Shown: positions 54,168-63,701 of the stretch, piece by piece
How the letters are laid out: every line of letters starts with the position of its first letter
Position numbering within the stretch: the stretch's first letter is position 1
Source of the DNA: Clostridia bacterium
Lineage (GTDB): Bacteria > CBDUZB01 > JAGLHV01
Reading direction: 5' to 3'
Length of the DNA stretch: 63,701 nucleotides
Assembly (NCBI GenBank): GCA_030637025.1
Contig: DAOVVV010000011.1
Location: 1 to 63,701, forward strand
Notes under the pieces: generated by a model
Database searches by the model: none
What the model was told of the DNA's origin: nothing
The model's input: the letters and a program-made list of their open reading frames with translations, nothing else
Program-made: the position numbers and the translations under genes

Positions 54168-55820
54168 ATGAATATCGATATGTTTAATAACCGTGAATTA
54201 AATAAAAAGAATAAAGATATGGATAAAAACTGTAAATGGTTAATGTTCATAATCTTTTTAGTTTTTTTAATTACCAAATTACCAAACTTTTTTTCTTTTG
54301 TGAATAGGGATGCAGGTTCATTTGCATATATTGGAGAGCAGATTTTAGAAGGCAAGATACTTTATAAAGATATTTGGTCATCCAAGCCCCCGGGAGTTTA
54401 TTATTTAAATGCTTTTATTTTTTGTTTTTTACCTAAAACCTTTTTAAGTTTACGCATCTTTGAATTAATTTATTGCCTGATTACAAGTTTTGTTGTATAT
54501 AAATTGGCGCTGTTTTTTTATAGCAAAAAAACCTCTTTAATTGTTACTGCAATATACAGTCTCTTTTCGAATATGTATAGTATAAGCGAAGCGGGAATGA
54601 TGACTGAAACCTATATGTTATTGCCGATGGTTCTTGCTATTTATTTTTTTATTCTTTTTCGAAAAAAACAGGAAAAAAAATATTTAGTTTTGGTCGGTTT
54701 GATGAGTGGACTATCTTTCATGTTCAAACAACCGGGTCTTTCTTCTTTAGCCGGCATATTTGTTTTTTTAATGACAGAAAGTTTTTTAAATAAAGGTCAT
54801 TTTAAAAAACTTTCTATTCAGTTTTTATTAATTAGTATCGGAGTGGGGGTTATAATTGTTACAGGTACGTTATATTTCATTTTAAAACAAGGGATGACTA
54901 ATTTAATTTCTGATGTCTTTATTTATAATTATTGGCGGAGCAAGGCTTACGGTATTGGTATCTTTAGTCTGGCGAAAAAAATACTGTACCATTGTTTTTT
55001 AGCAGTACCGTTGCGAGGTCTGTTTATTCTGACGATATTGTTATGTCTTCTATTTTTTTGGCGGAATTTTATTCTTAAAAAAAGAAGAAAGAAAGAAAAT
55101 GAAATTATAAATATTCCGTATTTTTTAGTGCTTATATTTTGGCTGATATTTGATTTGTTGGGAGTTTACATAGGAGGGGCTTTCTATGCACACTATTGGA
55201 TTCAGATAATACCTTCTTTTTCATTAATTGTCGGTTATATGATAGAAAGGGTTTTTGTTTATCCAAAAACGTTCCAAAGTGTAAAAATTAAAAATATGTT
55301 TATTTGTGTTCTGATATGTTCTTTTCTTTTTTCTATTGGTGTACAAATGATATATTGCTTTAATATTTTCAAGAAGCGTATTATTTTAAAAGAGAAAACT
55401 GTGCAGGAAATGACAGCACAATGGTTAATCAAAAACAGCAGGGATAATGACTCTATTTATGTTTGGGGAGACGAGTGTGCTATTAGTTTCTTGTCTAAAA
55501 GGAAAATTCCCAGCCGCTATATTCATTTGTATCCGCTTTATACTGCAAACCATGCAACAGAAAAGAAAATTACAGAATTTATTAATGATCTAAAGCAGAA
55601 TCCTCCTAAATATATAATTGATACAAGTATTACAAACTGGATGATGCCTTTGCTTTGGAAATATAATTTGCGAAAGAATTATGTAAATAAAAGAATACCG
55701 AAAGCAATTAATAAATTATATGAACTTAAATGGGTAGTTCCGATTATGCATTTTATCCAGGATAATTACGTTTTAGAGCAGGCTATTGGTGGGAAATATG
55801 CTATACTTGTTTTGAAGTAG
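54168..55820 (+). CDS. ArnT/PMT-like (GT83/GT39) membrane glycosyltransferase
   Basis: RD.G.F.YIG..IL.G..LYKD.W..KPPG, FKQ, HYW.Q..P and TM helices. Confidence 0.75.
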   Translation: MNIDMFNNRELNKKNKDMDKNCKWLMFIIFLVFLITKLPNFFSFVNRDAGSFAYIGEQILEGKILYKDIWSSKPPGVYYLNAFIFCFLPKTFLSLRIFELIYCLITSFVVYKLALFFYSKKTSLIVTAIYSLFSNMYSISEAGMMTETYMLLPMVLAIYFFILFRKKQEKKYLVLVGLMSGLSFMFKQPGLSSLAGIFVFLMTESFLNKGHFKKLSIQFLLISIGVGVIIVTGTLYFILKQGMTNLISDVFIYNYWRSKAYGIGIFSLAKKILYHCFLAVPLRGLFILTILLCLLFFWRNFILKKRRKKENEIINIPYFLVLIFWLIFDLLGVYIGGAFYAHYWIQIIPSFSLIVGYMIERVFVYPKTFQSVKIKNMFICVLICSFLFSIGVQMIYCFNIFKKRIILKEKTVQEMTAQWLIKNSRDNDSIYVWGDECAISFLSKRKIPSRYIHLYPLYTANHATEKKITEFINDLKQNPPKYIIDTSITNWMMPLLWKYNLRKNYVNKRIPKAINKLYELKWVVPIMHFIQDNYVLEQAIGGKYAILVLK

Positions 55821-56071
55821 ATGTGGAAAAACGTCTGTTATTAAGGATGGAATTTTGTTTGACTTTGCTGTTAAATAGTTTAAAAACAAGGGAACCCATA
55901 ATGGATGAAGATATTCGTAATGGATTTGTTACCTAAGTTTGCTTAAAAAGAATAAAAGGAAAAATTGTTATCCATGTAGTAATTTTAAATTATCATATAA
56001 TGAAATTATTATGTTTTTGCTAAAATTTTTTTTATGAATGAAAAACAAATTTAAAATTTGGGGGAAAATAA

Positions 56072-57343
56072 ATGTTTCGGTTAAATCTTTTAAAGAGGCA
56101 TAGTGTTATTTTAATGCTATTTTATAGTATTACTTTGTGGTTTATTATCCCTCGAGCATGGCTTCCTTCCTGTCAGTTTAATAGATATCATCTTACCGGA
56201 AATACCTGGACAGAAAAAAAAGTTTTGTATGGGGGAGAATGTTTTGATAAATATGGATTTATTAAGTGTCGCTTTTTGCGTGTAAGTCGTTGGGGAGAAA
56301 AGCCTTATTTCTATACACATTATCCTCCACTGCCTTCTATTATTAACGGCCTTTTGAGAAAGGTGGGGTTTAACAATCTTTTTTGTTTTAGATTGTTTTC
56401 TGTTTTTTTATCATTTCTTATGTTGACGATGCTTTATTTTTTGATTAAATTTTTATTTAACGATGCTTCTCTTGCTTTAATTGGAACGATTTATGCCGGG
56501 CTGACTCCGTATTTTTTGTTTTTTGCGGATAATGTGGGGAAACATTTATATAATGAATTTTTTATGATAGGAACAATTTTATTTTTTATTTTGTTTGATA
56601 AGAAATCGGAAAAAAAGTATTTAATTTTAACTTGGGTATTTGCATTTTTATTGTCTTTAACTTCTTATGGTTATATCCCATTTATACTTGTATTTTTTTG
56701 GGGTTATTATTTTATATTAAGAAAAGATTGGCCGATTAAATATTTATTAATTTTTAGTTCTTCTATTTTTTGTGGGCTGTTTTTGCATTTTGCCCAAAAT
56801 GTTTGGGCATTAGGGAGTATAAAGGAAGCTTTTCTTGATCATAAGATAGCTTTCTGTTATAGGACGACAGGAAAATTAATAGCTACTCCTTATACTGATA
56901 CGTTCCCTGATCTTTGTTTGGATAAAAAGATAATAAAAGTTATTATTCCAACGATTATAAAGAGAATTGAATGGTTTTTTTCCATAAGTCCCATTGTTGC
57001 TGTTGGTTCTTTATCTCTATTGCCGGTTTTGTGTGTAAATAATAAAGAGAAATTAAAGTTTTATTATAAAATATTAGGGTTATTGTTTTTTTGTGGGATT
57101 TTATGGTGGGGAATATTTATACAACATACAGCAGTTCATGGTTTTACTGCAAAACGGATAGCATTATTTATGATTTTAGCTATAAGCATTTTGATAAAAG
57201 AAGGCGGGACCTACGTTTTTAAATATCAAAAAAGTTGGATTTATAAAATTATGTTGTCAATTGTTTTGTTGGCAGTTATTATTTTTCCTATAGTTTTTAA
57301 ATTTATAATAATATACTATAATTTATTTTTAGGGGTTGATTAA
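56072..57343 (+). CDS. ArnT/PMT-like membrane glycosyltransferase
   Basis: YTHYPPL...FRLFS motif and many TM helices. Confidence 0.6.
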   Translation: MFRLNLLKRHSVILMLFYSITLWFIIPRAWLPSCQFNRYHLTGNTWTEKKVLYGGECFDKYGFIKCRFLRVSRWGEKPYFYTHYPPLPSIINGLLRKVGFNNLFCFRLFSVFLSFLMLTMLYFLIKFLFNDASLALIGTIYAGLTPYFLFFADNVGKHLYNEFFMIGTILFFILFDKKSEKKYLILTWVFAFLLSLTSYGYIPFILVFFWGYYFILRKDWPIKYLLIFSSSIFCGLFLHFAQNVWALGSIKEAFLDHKIAFCYRTTGKLIATPYTDTFPDLCLDKKIIKVIIPTIIKRIEWFFSISPIVAVGSLSLLPVLCVNNKEKLKFYYKILGLLFFCGILWWGIFIQHTAVHGFTAKRIALFMILAISILIKEGGTYVFKYQKSWIYKIMLSIVLLAVIIFPIVFKFIIIYYNLFLGVD

Positions 57344-57386
57344 AATTTCAACAATAAAAATTTAATAATAACTGGTCATGTTTTCC

Positions 57387-57551
57387 AGACTGTGTCATAA
57401 TTAATGTAATTGTTCAATGAACTTGTAGTGAGTGGAATTGAAATATTGGGTTGCTGAATAATTTTGTCGATGATCTTCATTATTCAGAGGTGGACAGGTA
57501 AATGAGGTAACTACAATTACTGCAAAAAATGGGTTTAGAATACTACAGTCT
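57387..57551. mobile_element. Small MITE/IS remnant
   Basis: Ends AGACTGT...ACAGTCT (inverted), flanked on both sides by GTTTTCC. No ORF. Confidence 0.45.
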
Positions 57552-57577
57552 GTTTTCCGGGATGGCCCTTCTTATTC

Positions 57578-57612
57578 TCCGCCTAAGGCGGATGAGGCGG
57601 AGCGGGCAGGCA
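57578..57612. repeat. REP-like palindromic repeat shared with 23842-23869
   Basis: TCCGCCTAAGGCGGA plus GAGGCGGAGCGGGCAGGCA. The reverse complement matches TGCCTGCCCGCTCCGCCT at 23842. Confidence 0.75.
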
Positions 57613-57673
57613 ATAAAGGTAAACTATTTTTCATAATTATGGAAAAAAACAAAAAAGAGGGAGCGTAAAATAA

Positions 57674-58525
57674 ATGGTTAGTGTTATAATTCCTGTATAC
57701 AACGAGAAAAATCATATTGACGATGTGGTCGAAAAGATTATTTTTATTCTCCGAAATAATTTTACTGAATATGAAATAATTATTGTTGACGATGGTTCTG
57801 TGGATGGTGGTGTAGTAAATTTAAGAAACGATAACAGGATTAAGTTAATTACACATAAGTATAAACGGGGATATGGTGCTGCTATAAAGACTGGAATTGA
57901 GAATGCACGATGGGAATTTATTGTTATTATTGATGGGGATGGGACATATCCAGCTGAAGATATTCCTAAGTTGGTGGAAAGTTTAAAAGACAATGATATG
58001 GTTGTGGGTGCAAGAACTGGGCAAGTGGTGAAAATTCCTTTATTCAGAAGACCGGTTAAATGGGTATTAAAAAAATTAGCTAATTATTTGGTTGAATTTA
58101 AAATTCCTGATCTAAATTCCGGGTTTAGGGTTTTTAAAAAAAGTATTGCGATGAAATCTTTCTATATATTACCCAATGGGTTTTCTTTTACGACAACAAT
58201 TACCCTGATAATGCACAGTGAAAGGTATAATGTAAAATATATACCTATTAACTATTTTCAACGAAAGGGAAAATCGAAAATAAGTCCGATAAGGGATACT
58301 TTAACCTTTTTTCAATTAATTATAAGAACCATTTTATATTTTAATCCATTAAAAATTTTTTTGCCGATAAGTTTGATTTTATTTTTAGCAAGTTTGTTAT
58401 GTTTGTTTTACCGTTTATTTATTGCTCGTGCTTTATTTACGACCGCTGTTAGTTTGTTTATAGCAGCTATTCAAATATTAGCGATTGGGATGTTGGCGGA
58501 TATGATTAATAAAAAAGTACGATAA
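57674..58525 (+). CDS. Glycosyltransferase family 2 (polyprenyl-phosphate sugar synthase-like)
   Basis: VSVIIPVYNE, VDDGS.D, GYGAAIKTG, IDGDG.Y, D.NSGFR and R.GKSK motifs, plus two C-terminal TM helices. Confidence 0.9.
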   Translation: MVSVIIPVYNEKNHIDDVVEKIIFILRNNFTEYEIIIVDDGSVDGGVVNLRNDNRIKLITHKYKRGYGAAIKTGIENARWEFIVIIDGDGTYPAEDIPKLVESLKDNDMVVGARTGQVVKIPLFRRPVKWVLKKLANYLVEFKIPDLNSGFRVFKKSIAMKSFYILPNGFSFTTTITLIMHSERYNVKYIPINYFQRKGKSKISPIRDTLTFFQLIIRTILYFNPLKIFLPISLILFLASLLCLFYRLFIARALFTTAVSLFIAAIQILAIGMLADMINKKVR

Positions 58526-58557
58526 ATTATTTGGGATATGTTTTATGGATATTTAAA

Positions 58558-59265
58558 ATGATAAAAATAATGAAAAATAAATTTTGTTCAAAAAAGGAAT
58601 TAGCAGAATGGAATGATAGAATGGTTAAAAAATATCATTCCGAAGGAACTTTGTTTGAAAGTAAGAATCCCCTTTTACGATATGTAGAAAAAAATCGGGT
58701 AAAAATGATTATTCGATTGAGCCGAATTACAATTAGCGATAAAATAATTGATATTGGCTGTGGAGAAGGATATCTGCTTTCTTTATTACCCAAAATAAGG
58801 CAGGTAATAGGTTTGGATATTTCAAAAACCGCCTTGGTAAAAGCGAAGGAATTACTAAAAGAAAATTTGTATGTACGATTAATATATGGGGATGCTCAAG
58901 ATTTACCTCTTGCGGATAATTCCTTTAACAAGGTCGTTTGTTCTGAAGTGTTTGAGCATGTCCCGGATCCTGAGTTAGTAATAAAAGAAATTTATAGGAT
59001 TTTAAAGAAGAATGGAGTGGTAGTGATAAGTGTTCCTGATGAAAAACGAATTCAGTTTATAATGCGGGTATTAAAATTTTTAAGACTTCAGAAATTAATA
59101 CATTCAGCCAGAAAAAACGAAGATTATGAATGGCATTTGCATAAATCAAGTTTAAAGTTTGTACGAGATATCTGCAAAGATTTTTTTAGGATAGTAGAAG
59201 TAAAAAGAATGCCTTATATATTGGGATATAGATTTGTAATTAAGTTGTGTCCTATAAAAGAATAA
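58558..59265 (+). CDS. Class I SAM-dependent methyltransferase
   Basis: IIDIGCGEG, GLDIS, GDAQDLP and SEVFEHVPDP...EIYRILK..G motifs. The start is uncertain. Confidence 0.9.
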   Translation: MIKIMKNKFCSKKELAEWNDRMVKKYHSEGTLFESKNPLLRYVEKNRVKMIIRLSRITISDKIIDIGCGEGYLLSLLPKIRQVIGLDISKTALVKAKELLKENLYVRLIYGDAQDLPLADNSFNKVVCSEVFEHVPDPELVIKEIYRILKKNGVVVISVPDEKRIQFIMRVLKFLRLQKLIHSARKNEDYEWHLHKSSLKFVRDICKDFFRIVEVKRMPYILGYRFVIKLCPIKE

Positions 59266-59377
59266 GGAAGAAACTAAATTAAATTTGGGGTTGCTTAGTT
59301 TTTCCGCAGCTTTTCAAATGAATTATTGTGTTTTTAATAAGTTTTACAAAAAAAATAATAGAAAGGAAAATAAAAAG

Positions 59378-60061
59378 ATGGGTAGATTTCAGACATTTCA
59401 GGAGTTTTTAACAACACAAAGTATCAGAGTGCCTTTAGCAGGTTATATGGTTAACCTGGTTTTATCAGCAATATTATCCTTTATTTTAAGTTATGTTTAT
59501 GTTAAATATGGTACTTCTTTATCTAATCGGAGAATGTTTGCCAAAAATTTTATGCTGATTACCATGGTCACAATGTTAGTGATTACCATTGTAAAATCAT
59601 CATTGGCTTTATCTTTAGGCCTGGTGGGAGCTCTTTCCATTGTTAGATTTCGTGCAGCAATCAAAGAGCCGGAAGAACTATCTTATTTGTTTTTTGCTAT
59701 TGCAATTGGGTTAGGTTTTGGTGCGGGACAATGTAAGATTACAATAACGGCATTTATTATTATTGTGGGAATGATTATATTAAAAATCCGTTTTTCTAAG
59801 TTTCAGGATAATCAAAACCTGTATTTAACCGTTACCAGCCATGTTCCCGGAAAAATCACATTAGAACAAATTGTTGAGATACTAAAAGAATGTTCACAAG
59901 TAGTCAATATGAAACGATTTGATGAGACTAAAAATTTAATTGAAGCATCGTTTCTATTAGAGTTTAGTAATTTTAAAGAACTAAATAAAGCCAAATCTAA
60001 ATTGCAAAGGATAGATGATTCTATTAAAATTACTTTTTTGGATAATAAAGGTGTTTTGTAA
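59378..60061 (+). CDS. DUF4956 membrane protein
   Basis: SSLALSLGLVGALSIVRFRAAIKEP motif. Likely start MGRFQ. Confidence 0.85.
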   Translation: MGRFQTFQEFLTTQSIRVPLAGYMVNLVLSAILSFILSYVYVKYGTSLSNRRMFAKNFMLITMVTMLVITIVKSSLALSLGLVGALSIVRFRAAIKEPEELSYLFFAIAIGLGFGAGQCKITITAFIIIVGMIILKIRFSKFQDNQNLYLTVTSHVPGKITLEQIVEILKECSQVVNMKRFDETKNLIEASFLLEFSNFKELNKAKSKLQRIDDSIKITFLDNKGVL

Positions 60062-62674
60062 ATGGAAATTAAGCGTTTTAATAAAAAAAAAGTAAATGCT
60101 AATTTGACTTCTAAATCATGGAGCAGTATTGGTGGTTGGTACCTAATCAGTTCTATCCTCTTGATAGCAATTATAACTATATTTTTTTACAGGGCAGGAT
60201 ATATTAATTATGCTGTTTCTTATATGAAATATTTTTGCGGGGACAAGATAAAGGGGTTAATAGCAATATATAAAGCCAATCCTCAACAAATAAATATAGA
60301 CATTAAATATAAAGATTTTCAGAAATTAGCCTATAAAAGAAAAATTGCTTTAGCTGATAAGATTTTGATTGCCGATGCACAAGATTATGTCCCTGCCGTA
60401 ATTCGATATAAAAATAAATATGTGAAGGTTAAGATTCGTTTAAAAGGTGATTGGGCCATGGATAATCTAAAGGGAGAAAAATGGTCGTTCAGGGTGAGAA
60501 CAAAAGGGGATAATACTTTTTTAGGAATGAAGCATTTTTCGCTTCATCATCCCCAAGTGCGAAACTATATCTACGAATGGATTTTTCACCAGGCTCTTAA
60601 AAGGGAAGGCATATTAGCACTTAGATATGAATTTATAAAAATTATACTTAATGGAAAAAATTTGGGAATATATGCTCTTGAAGAACATTTTGGAAAACAA
60701 TTGATAGAACATAATCAAAAACGAGAAGGGGTGATCATTAAATTCGACGAAGATATTTTGTGGGCGGACAGAAAAGAACATCATTTCTATGAGAAAGACG
60801 GACCTACCATATTACAATCAGAATTTTCCAGCAGTATTAGCGCTTTTAAAATGAATCGTATTTTTGAAAATCCTTCTTTGTATAAACAATTTCTTATTGG
60901 AAAAAATTTATTGGAATCATTTAGAAAAGGGAAATTACCTACACATAAGGTTTTTGATATTAAAAAATTAGCAAAATATTTTGCTATTAGTGAAGTAATG
61001 GGAGGGGTGCATGGGATGTGTTGGCATAATCTTAGATTTTATTATAATCCGATTACCTCTTTTTTGGAACCGGTAGGTTTTGATGCAATGGTCGGTGATA
61101 AGTCAGGGGTATCTGCGAAAAATATCCATAAGGAATTAATAGAAAAACCGCCGGTTACTTTTTATGCTAAAATTTTTAGCGATTTTATCTTTTTTGAAGA
61201 ATACATAAAAGCTCTTGAACAAATTTCAGATTCTGCCTATCTGGATGAATTATTTCTGGACATAGATAAGGATTTAAAAAATAATTTGCATATTATTTAT
61301 AGTGAATTTCCACATTTTGATTTTTCAGAAGATGTTTTTCGTGAAAATCAAAAATATATCCGCTTTACTTTAAATCCGGCAAGGGGTATTTTAGTTTATT
61401 TCCATAAACCTTTTAAAGACGGGATAGAGCTCCAGTTAGGAAATATTCAATCGATGCCGGTGGAAGTGTTAAATGTTACTGATGAGGATTCTATTGTGTT
61501 AAAACCGGCAGAGAGAATTATTCTTGCTCCAAAGGTATGGGAAAGGTTGGTGGACTATGAAAAGGTTAATTTTAGTTTTCCTGAAGATTTTATTTGGTCA
61601 AGGGAGAAAATAAAAAATTTAGCAGTTAATTACAAAATTTTGGGTACGAACACGATTAAACAGCAGAAAATTTTTCCCTGGTCGTGGTTTGATGAGAATT
61701 TTGTAAAAAATGATTTTGTAAGACAGGAGCCTAATATTCACCAGTTTGAATTTTTGATCGTAGATAAAACAGGTAAAAAAATATTCATAAAGCCGGGTAT
61801 TTGGAAGCTTGATCAGAATTTGATTATTCCTTCGGGATATGTGGTTGTTGCTGAAGGGAAAACCCGCTTGGATTTATTAAACGGGTCTAATATATTATCG
61901 TATTCTCCCCTTAAATTAATCGGGACGGAAGAAAATCCCATTATAATATGTTCATCTGATTCTACGGGCCAAGGCCTGGTACTAATAAATTCTAATCGAA
62001 AATCGATGTTAAGGTACGTTAGTTTTGATAAATTGTCGAATTCTTTAAAAGGGGGGTGGTCATTAACCGGAGCAGTTACTTTTTATAATTCTCCGGTTAA
62101 TATGCATTACTGCCGATTTTTAAATAATAATTCGGAAGATGCTTTAAATATCATCCATTCGGAATTTACAATTAACAAAACAATTTTTAAAAATATATTA
62201 TCTGACGGAATAGATGTTGATTTTAGCAAAGGGGAAATAACAAATTGTTCTTTTATAAATTGCGGCAATGATTCTATTGATTTATCCGGAAGCAGAGTGA
62301 AAATGCGGAATATTTTTGTCAAAGGAGCTGGTGACAAGGCTTTAAGTGTTGGAGAAAATAGTGTGGTACATGCTGAGCAAATCGATATAAAAAATGCTAA
62401 AATAGCCATAGCCAGTAAAGATATGTCGGTAACAGTTGTTAAACAGGTAGAATTATCTAATTGTGAAATTGGTTTTGCTGTTTATCAAAAGAAGAGTGAA
62501 TTCAGAGGTTCTTTTATGAGCGTAGCGGAATTAAAAATGGATAAAGTTGATTTATCTTATATCGTTGAAAAAGGGTCAAGATTAAAAGTAGAAGGGGAAA
62601 TGATTAAGCATGATAGAGAAACTGTAGGAGAACTTTTAGATGGAGTTGAAGATGCTGAAGAAAAAAACAAATAA
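60062..62674 (+). CDS. CotH-family kinase with C-terminal parallel beta-helix
   Basis: KIRLKGD...KWSFRV, NG.NLG.Y..EE and H...W.N.RFYYNP....EP..FD motifs. C-terminal EDALN, DGID.DFS and GDKALSVGE repeats. Confidence 0.75.
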   Translation: MEIKRFNKKKVNANLTSKSWSSIGGWYLISSILLIAIITIFFYRAGYINYAVSYMKYFCGDKIKGLIAIYKANPQQINIDIKYKDFQKLAYKRKIALADKILIADAQDYVPAVIRYKNKYVKVKIRLKGDWAMDNLKGEKWSFRVRTKGDNTFLGMKHFSLHHPQVRNYIYEWIFHQALKREGILALRYEFIKIILNGKNLGIYALEEHFGKQLIEHNQKREGVIIKFDEDILWADRKEHHFYEKDGPTILQSEFSSSISAFKMNRIFENPSLYKQFLIGKNLLESFRKGKLPTHKVFDIKKLAKYFAISEVMGGVHGMCWHNLRFYYNPITSFLEPVGFDAMVGDKSGVSAKNIHKELIEKPPVTFYAKIFSDFIFFEEYIKALEQISDSAYLDELFLDIDKDLKNNLHIIYSEFPHFDFSEDVFRENQKYIRFTLNPARGILVYFHKPFKDGIELQLGNIQSMPVEVLNVTDEDSIVLKPAERIILAPKVWERLVDYEKVNFSFPEDFIWSREKIKNLAVNYKILGTNTIKQQKIFPWSWFDENFVKNDFVRQEPNIHQFEFLIVDKTGKKIFIKPGIWKLDQNLIIPSGYVVVAEGKTRLDLLNGSNILSYSPLKLIGTEENPIIICSSDSTGQGLVLINSNRKSMLRYVSFDKLSNSLKGGWSLTGAVTFYNSPVNMHYCRFLNNNSEDALNIIHSEFTINKTIFKNILSDGIDVDFSKGEITNCSFINCGNDSIDLSGSRVKMRNIFVKGAGDKALSVGENSVVHAEQIDIKNAKIAIASKDMSVTVVKQVELSNCEIGFAVYQKKSEFRGSFMSVAELKMDKVDLSYIVEKGSRLKVEGEMIKHDRETVGELLDGVEDAEEKNK

Positions 62675-63701
62675 ATTTTTAATTGGTTTTTTCCTTTTTT
62701 CTTTGTTTAGTTCATTGCTATTGGCAGAACAACAGGTTAAATCTTCATTGAATAATTTAACTCTATACTCTAAAGGAGAAAGAGAAAAATATTCTTTTTT
62801 AGTTGCCGGTCATATTTATGGTTCCCATAATAAATCAATTTATCCGGCAGCTTCAATATTAGCTAATATTTCATTACTGAATAATGCCGGTGCCGGTTTT
62901 ATGGTTTTATTAGGGGATATTGTTCAAAGAATTAGCGGGTTTGAAATAGAAGCTCTGAAAAATAGTTTTTTAATGAAACTTAATTTTCCTGTTTTTAACG
63001 CTCCGGGCAATCATGATATGAAAAACCGTAAATTGTATGAAGAATATTTCGGGAAAACTTTTTTTAGTTTTCAATATTCTACGGAATTATTTATTTTTCT
63101 TGATACTGAAATTAGTGATGGGAAACTGGAAACTGGTCAGTTAGAATTCATGATTAAAAACATTGAACATTGTAAAAAAGCGTCCCGGATAAAAAACATA
63201 TTTGTTTTTTCCCACCGGTTACTCTGGGCAATTGGAAATGAACCCTATAATAGAATTATTCCTTTTGTAAATTATCCTTTAGCTCATCATAATAAAGCAA
63301 ATACTATTTCAGCTATTATTTTACCGCAATTAAAATCTTTGGCTGGAAAAAATGTATATTTTGTGAGTGGGGATGTGGGGTGTTACTGGTCTCTTCCCCT
63401 TTTTTACCAGGAAGATACAACTTCTAATATTACTTATGTAGCCGTTGGTATAGGTGATACCAAAAAGGATTTAATTTGTCGCGTTACTGTCGATAAGTCA
63501 GGAAAAGTGATTTTTAAACCTATTTCTTTAACCGGAGAAAAATTAGATTCTATTGAATGTTATGGTCTTGATTATTGGGAGAAATATTTTAGGCAGAAGC
63601 AAGGGATAAAAATTCTGACTAAAATAAAAAACAAACTGAACACATCAGGAGTCGAATACTTTTGGGGAATACTATTTATTTTTGGGCTATCGGCATTATT
63701 G
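62652..63701 (+). CDS. Calcineurin-like metallophosphoesterase, 3' end outside window
   Basis: Absent from the ORF track. MLKKKTNKFLIGFF signal, then LVAGHIYG, LLGDIV, APGNHD, IFLDTE and FSHR motifs. Confidence 0.8.
   Translation, partial: MLKKKTNKFLIGFFLFSLFSSLLLAEQQVKSSLNNLTLYSKGEREKYSFLVAGHIYGSHNKSIYPAASILANISLLNNAGAGFMVLLGDIVQRISGFEIEALKNSFLMKLNFPVFNAPGNHDMKNRKLYEEYFGKTFFSFQYSTELFIFLDTEISDGKLETGQLEFMIKNIEHCKKASRIKNIFVFSHRLLWAIGNEPYNRIIPFVNYPLAHHNKANTISAIILPQLKSLAGKNVYFVSGDVGCYWSLPLFYQEDTTSNITYVAVGIGDTKKDLICRVTVDKSGKVIFKPISLTGEKLDSIECYGLDYWEKYFRQKQGIKILTKIKNKLNTSGVEYFWGILFIFGLSALL

Overview
AT-rich bacterial window from a diderm, since it encodes a secretin, OmpA and PorV/PorP-like barrels. 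The gene content is reminiscent of Elusimicrobiota-like lineages (inference). It begins with an NDP-sugar pyrophosphorylase and argF, followed by two divergently transcribed surface-appendage loci, each carrying a c-di-GMP-I (GEMM) riboswitch. (1) Minus strand, about 1.9-38.7 kb: an apparently undescribed modular fimbrial system. A 190-aa Ser/Thr/Ala-rich subunit has the mature N-terminus ALSEDIYCTV followed by a ~150-aa beta-domain. A homologous domain caps five large secreted proteins with different N-terminal cargo, plus one pseudogene. It also occurs in divergent form at the N-terminus of two minor subunits. The adjacent 581-aa protein carries the identical ALSEDIYCTV peptide, with 9 of 10 codons synonymously different, but has no pilin domain and ends in a T9SS type-B-like CTD. 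The locus also encodes two tandem-Ig chaperone-like proteins, two PorV/PorP-like barrel-TPR proteins, a propeller-OmpA protein, three GT-C/TPR glycosyltransferase modules, an S74 tail-fibre-like protein, a HAMP-SpoIIE phosphatase and a MerR-type HTH protein. Inferred model: a donor-strand-complemented, possibly disulfide-locked pilus with interchangeable tip adhesins, anchored through a CTD/PorV-like/OmpA module instead of an usher or sortase. (2) Plus strand from 39 kb: a Tad/Flp locus with six tandem flp genes (five missed by the ORF track), tadE, cpaB, a minimal secretin, a CpaE-CpaF fusion, tadB and tadC. It continues into GT-C and GT2 glycosyltransferases, a methyltransferase, DUF4956, CotH and a metallophosphoesterase cut by the window end. 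There are also two MITE-like elements, a duplication scar and several pseudogenes. All family calls come from motif recognition by eye, with no database searches.
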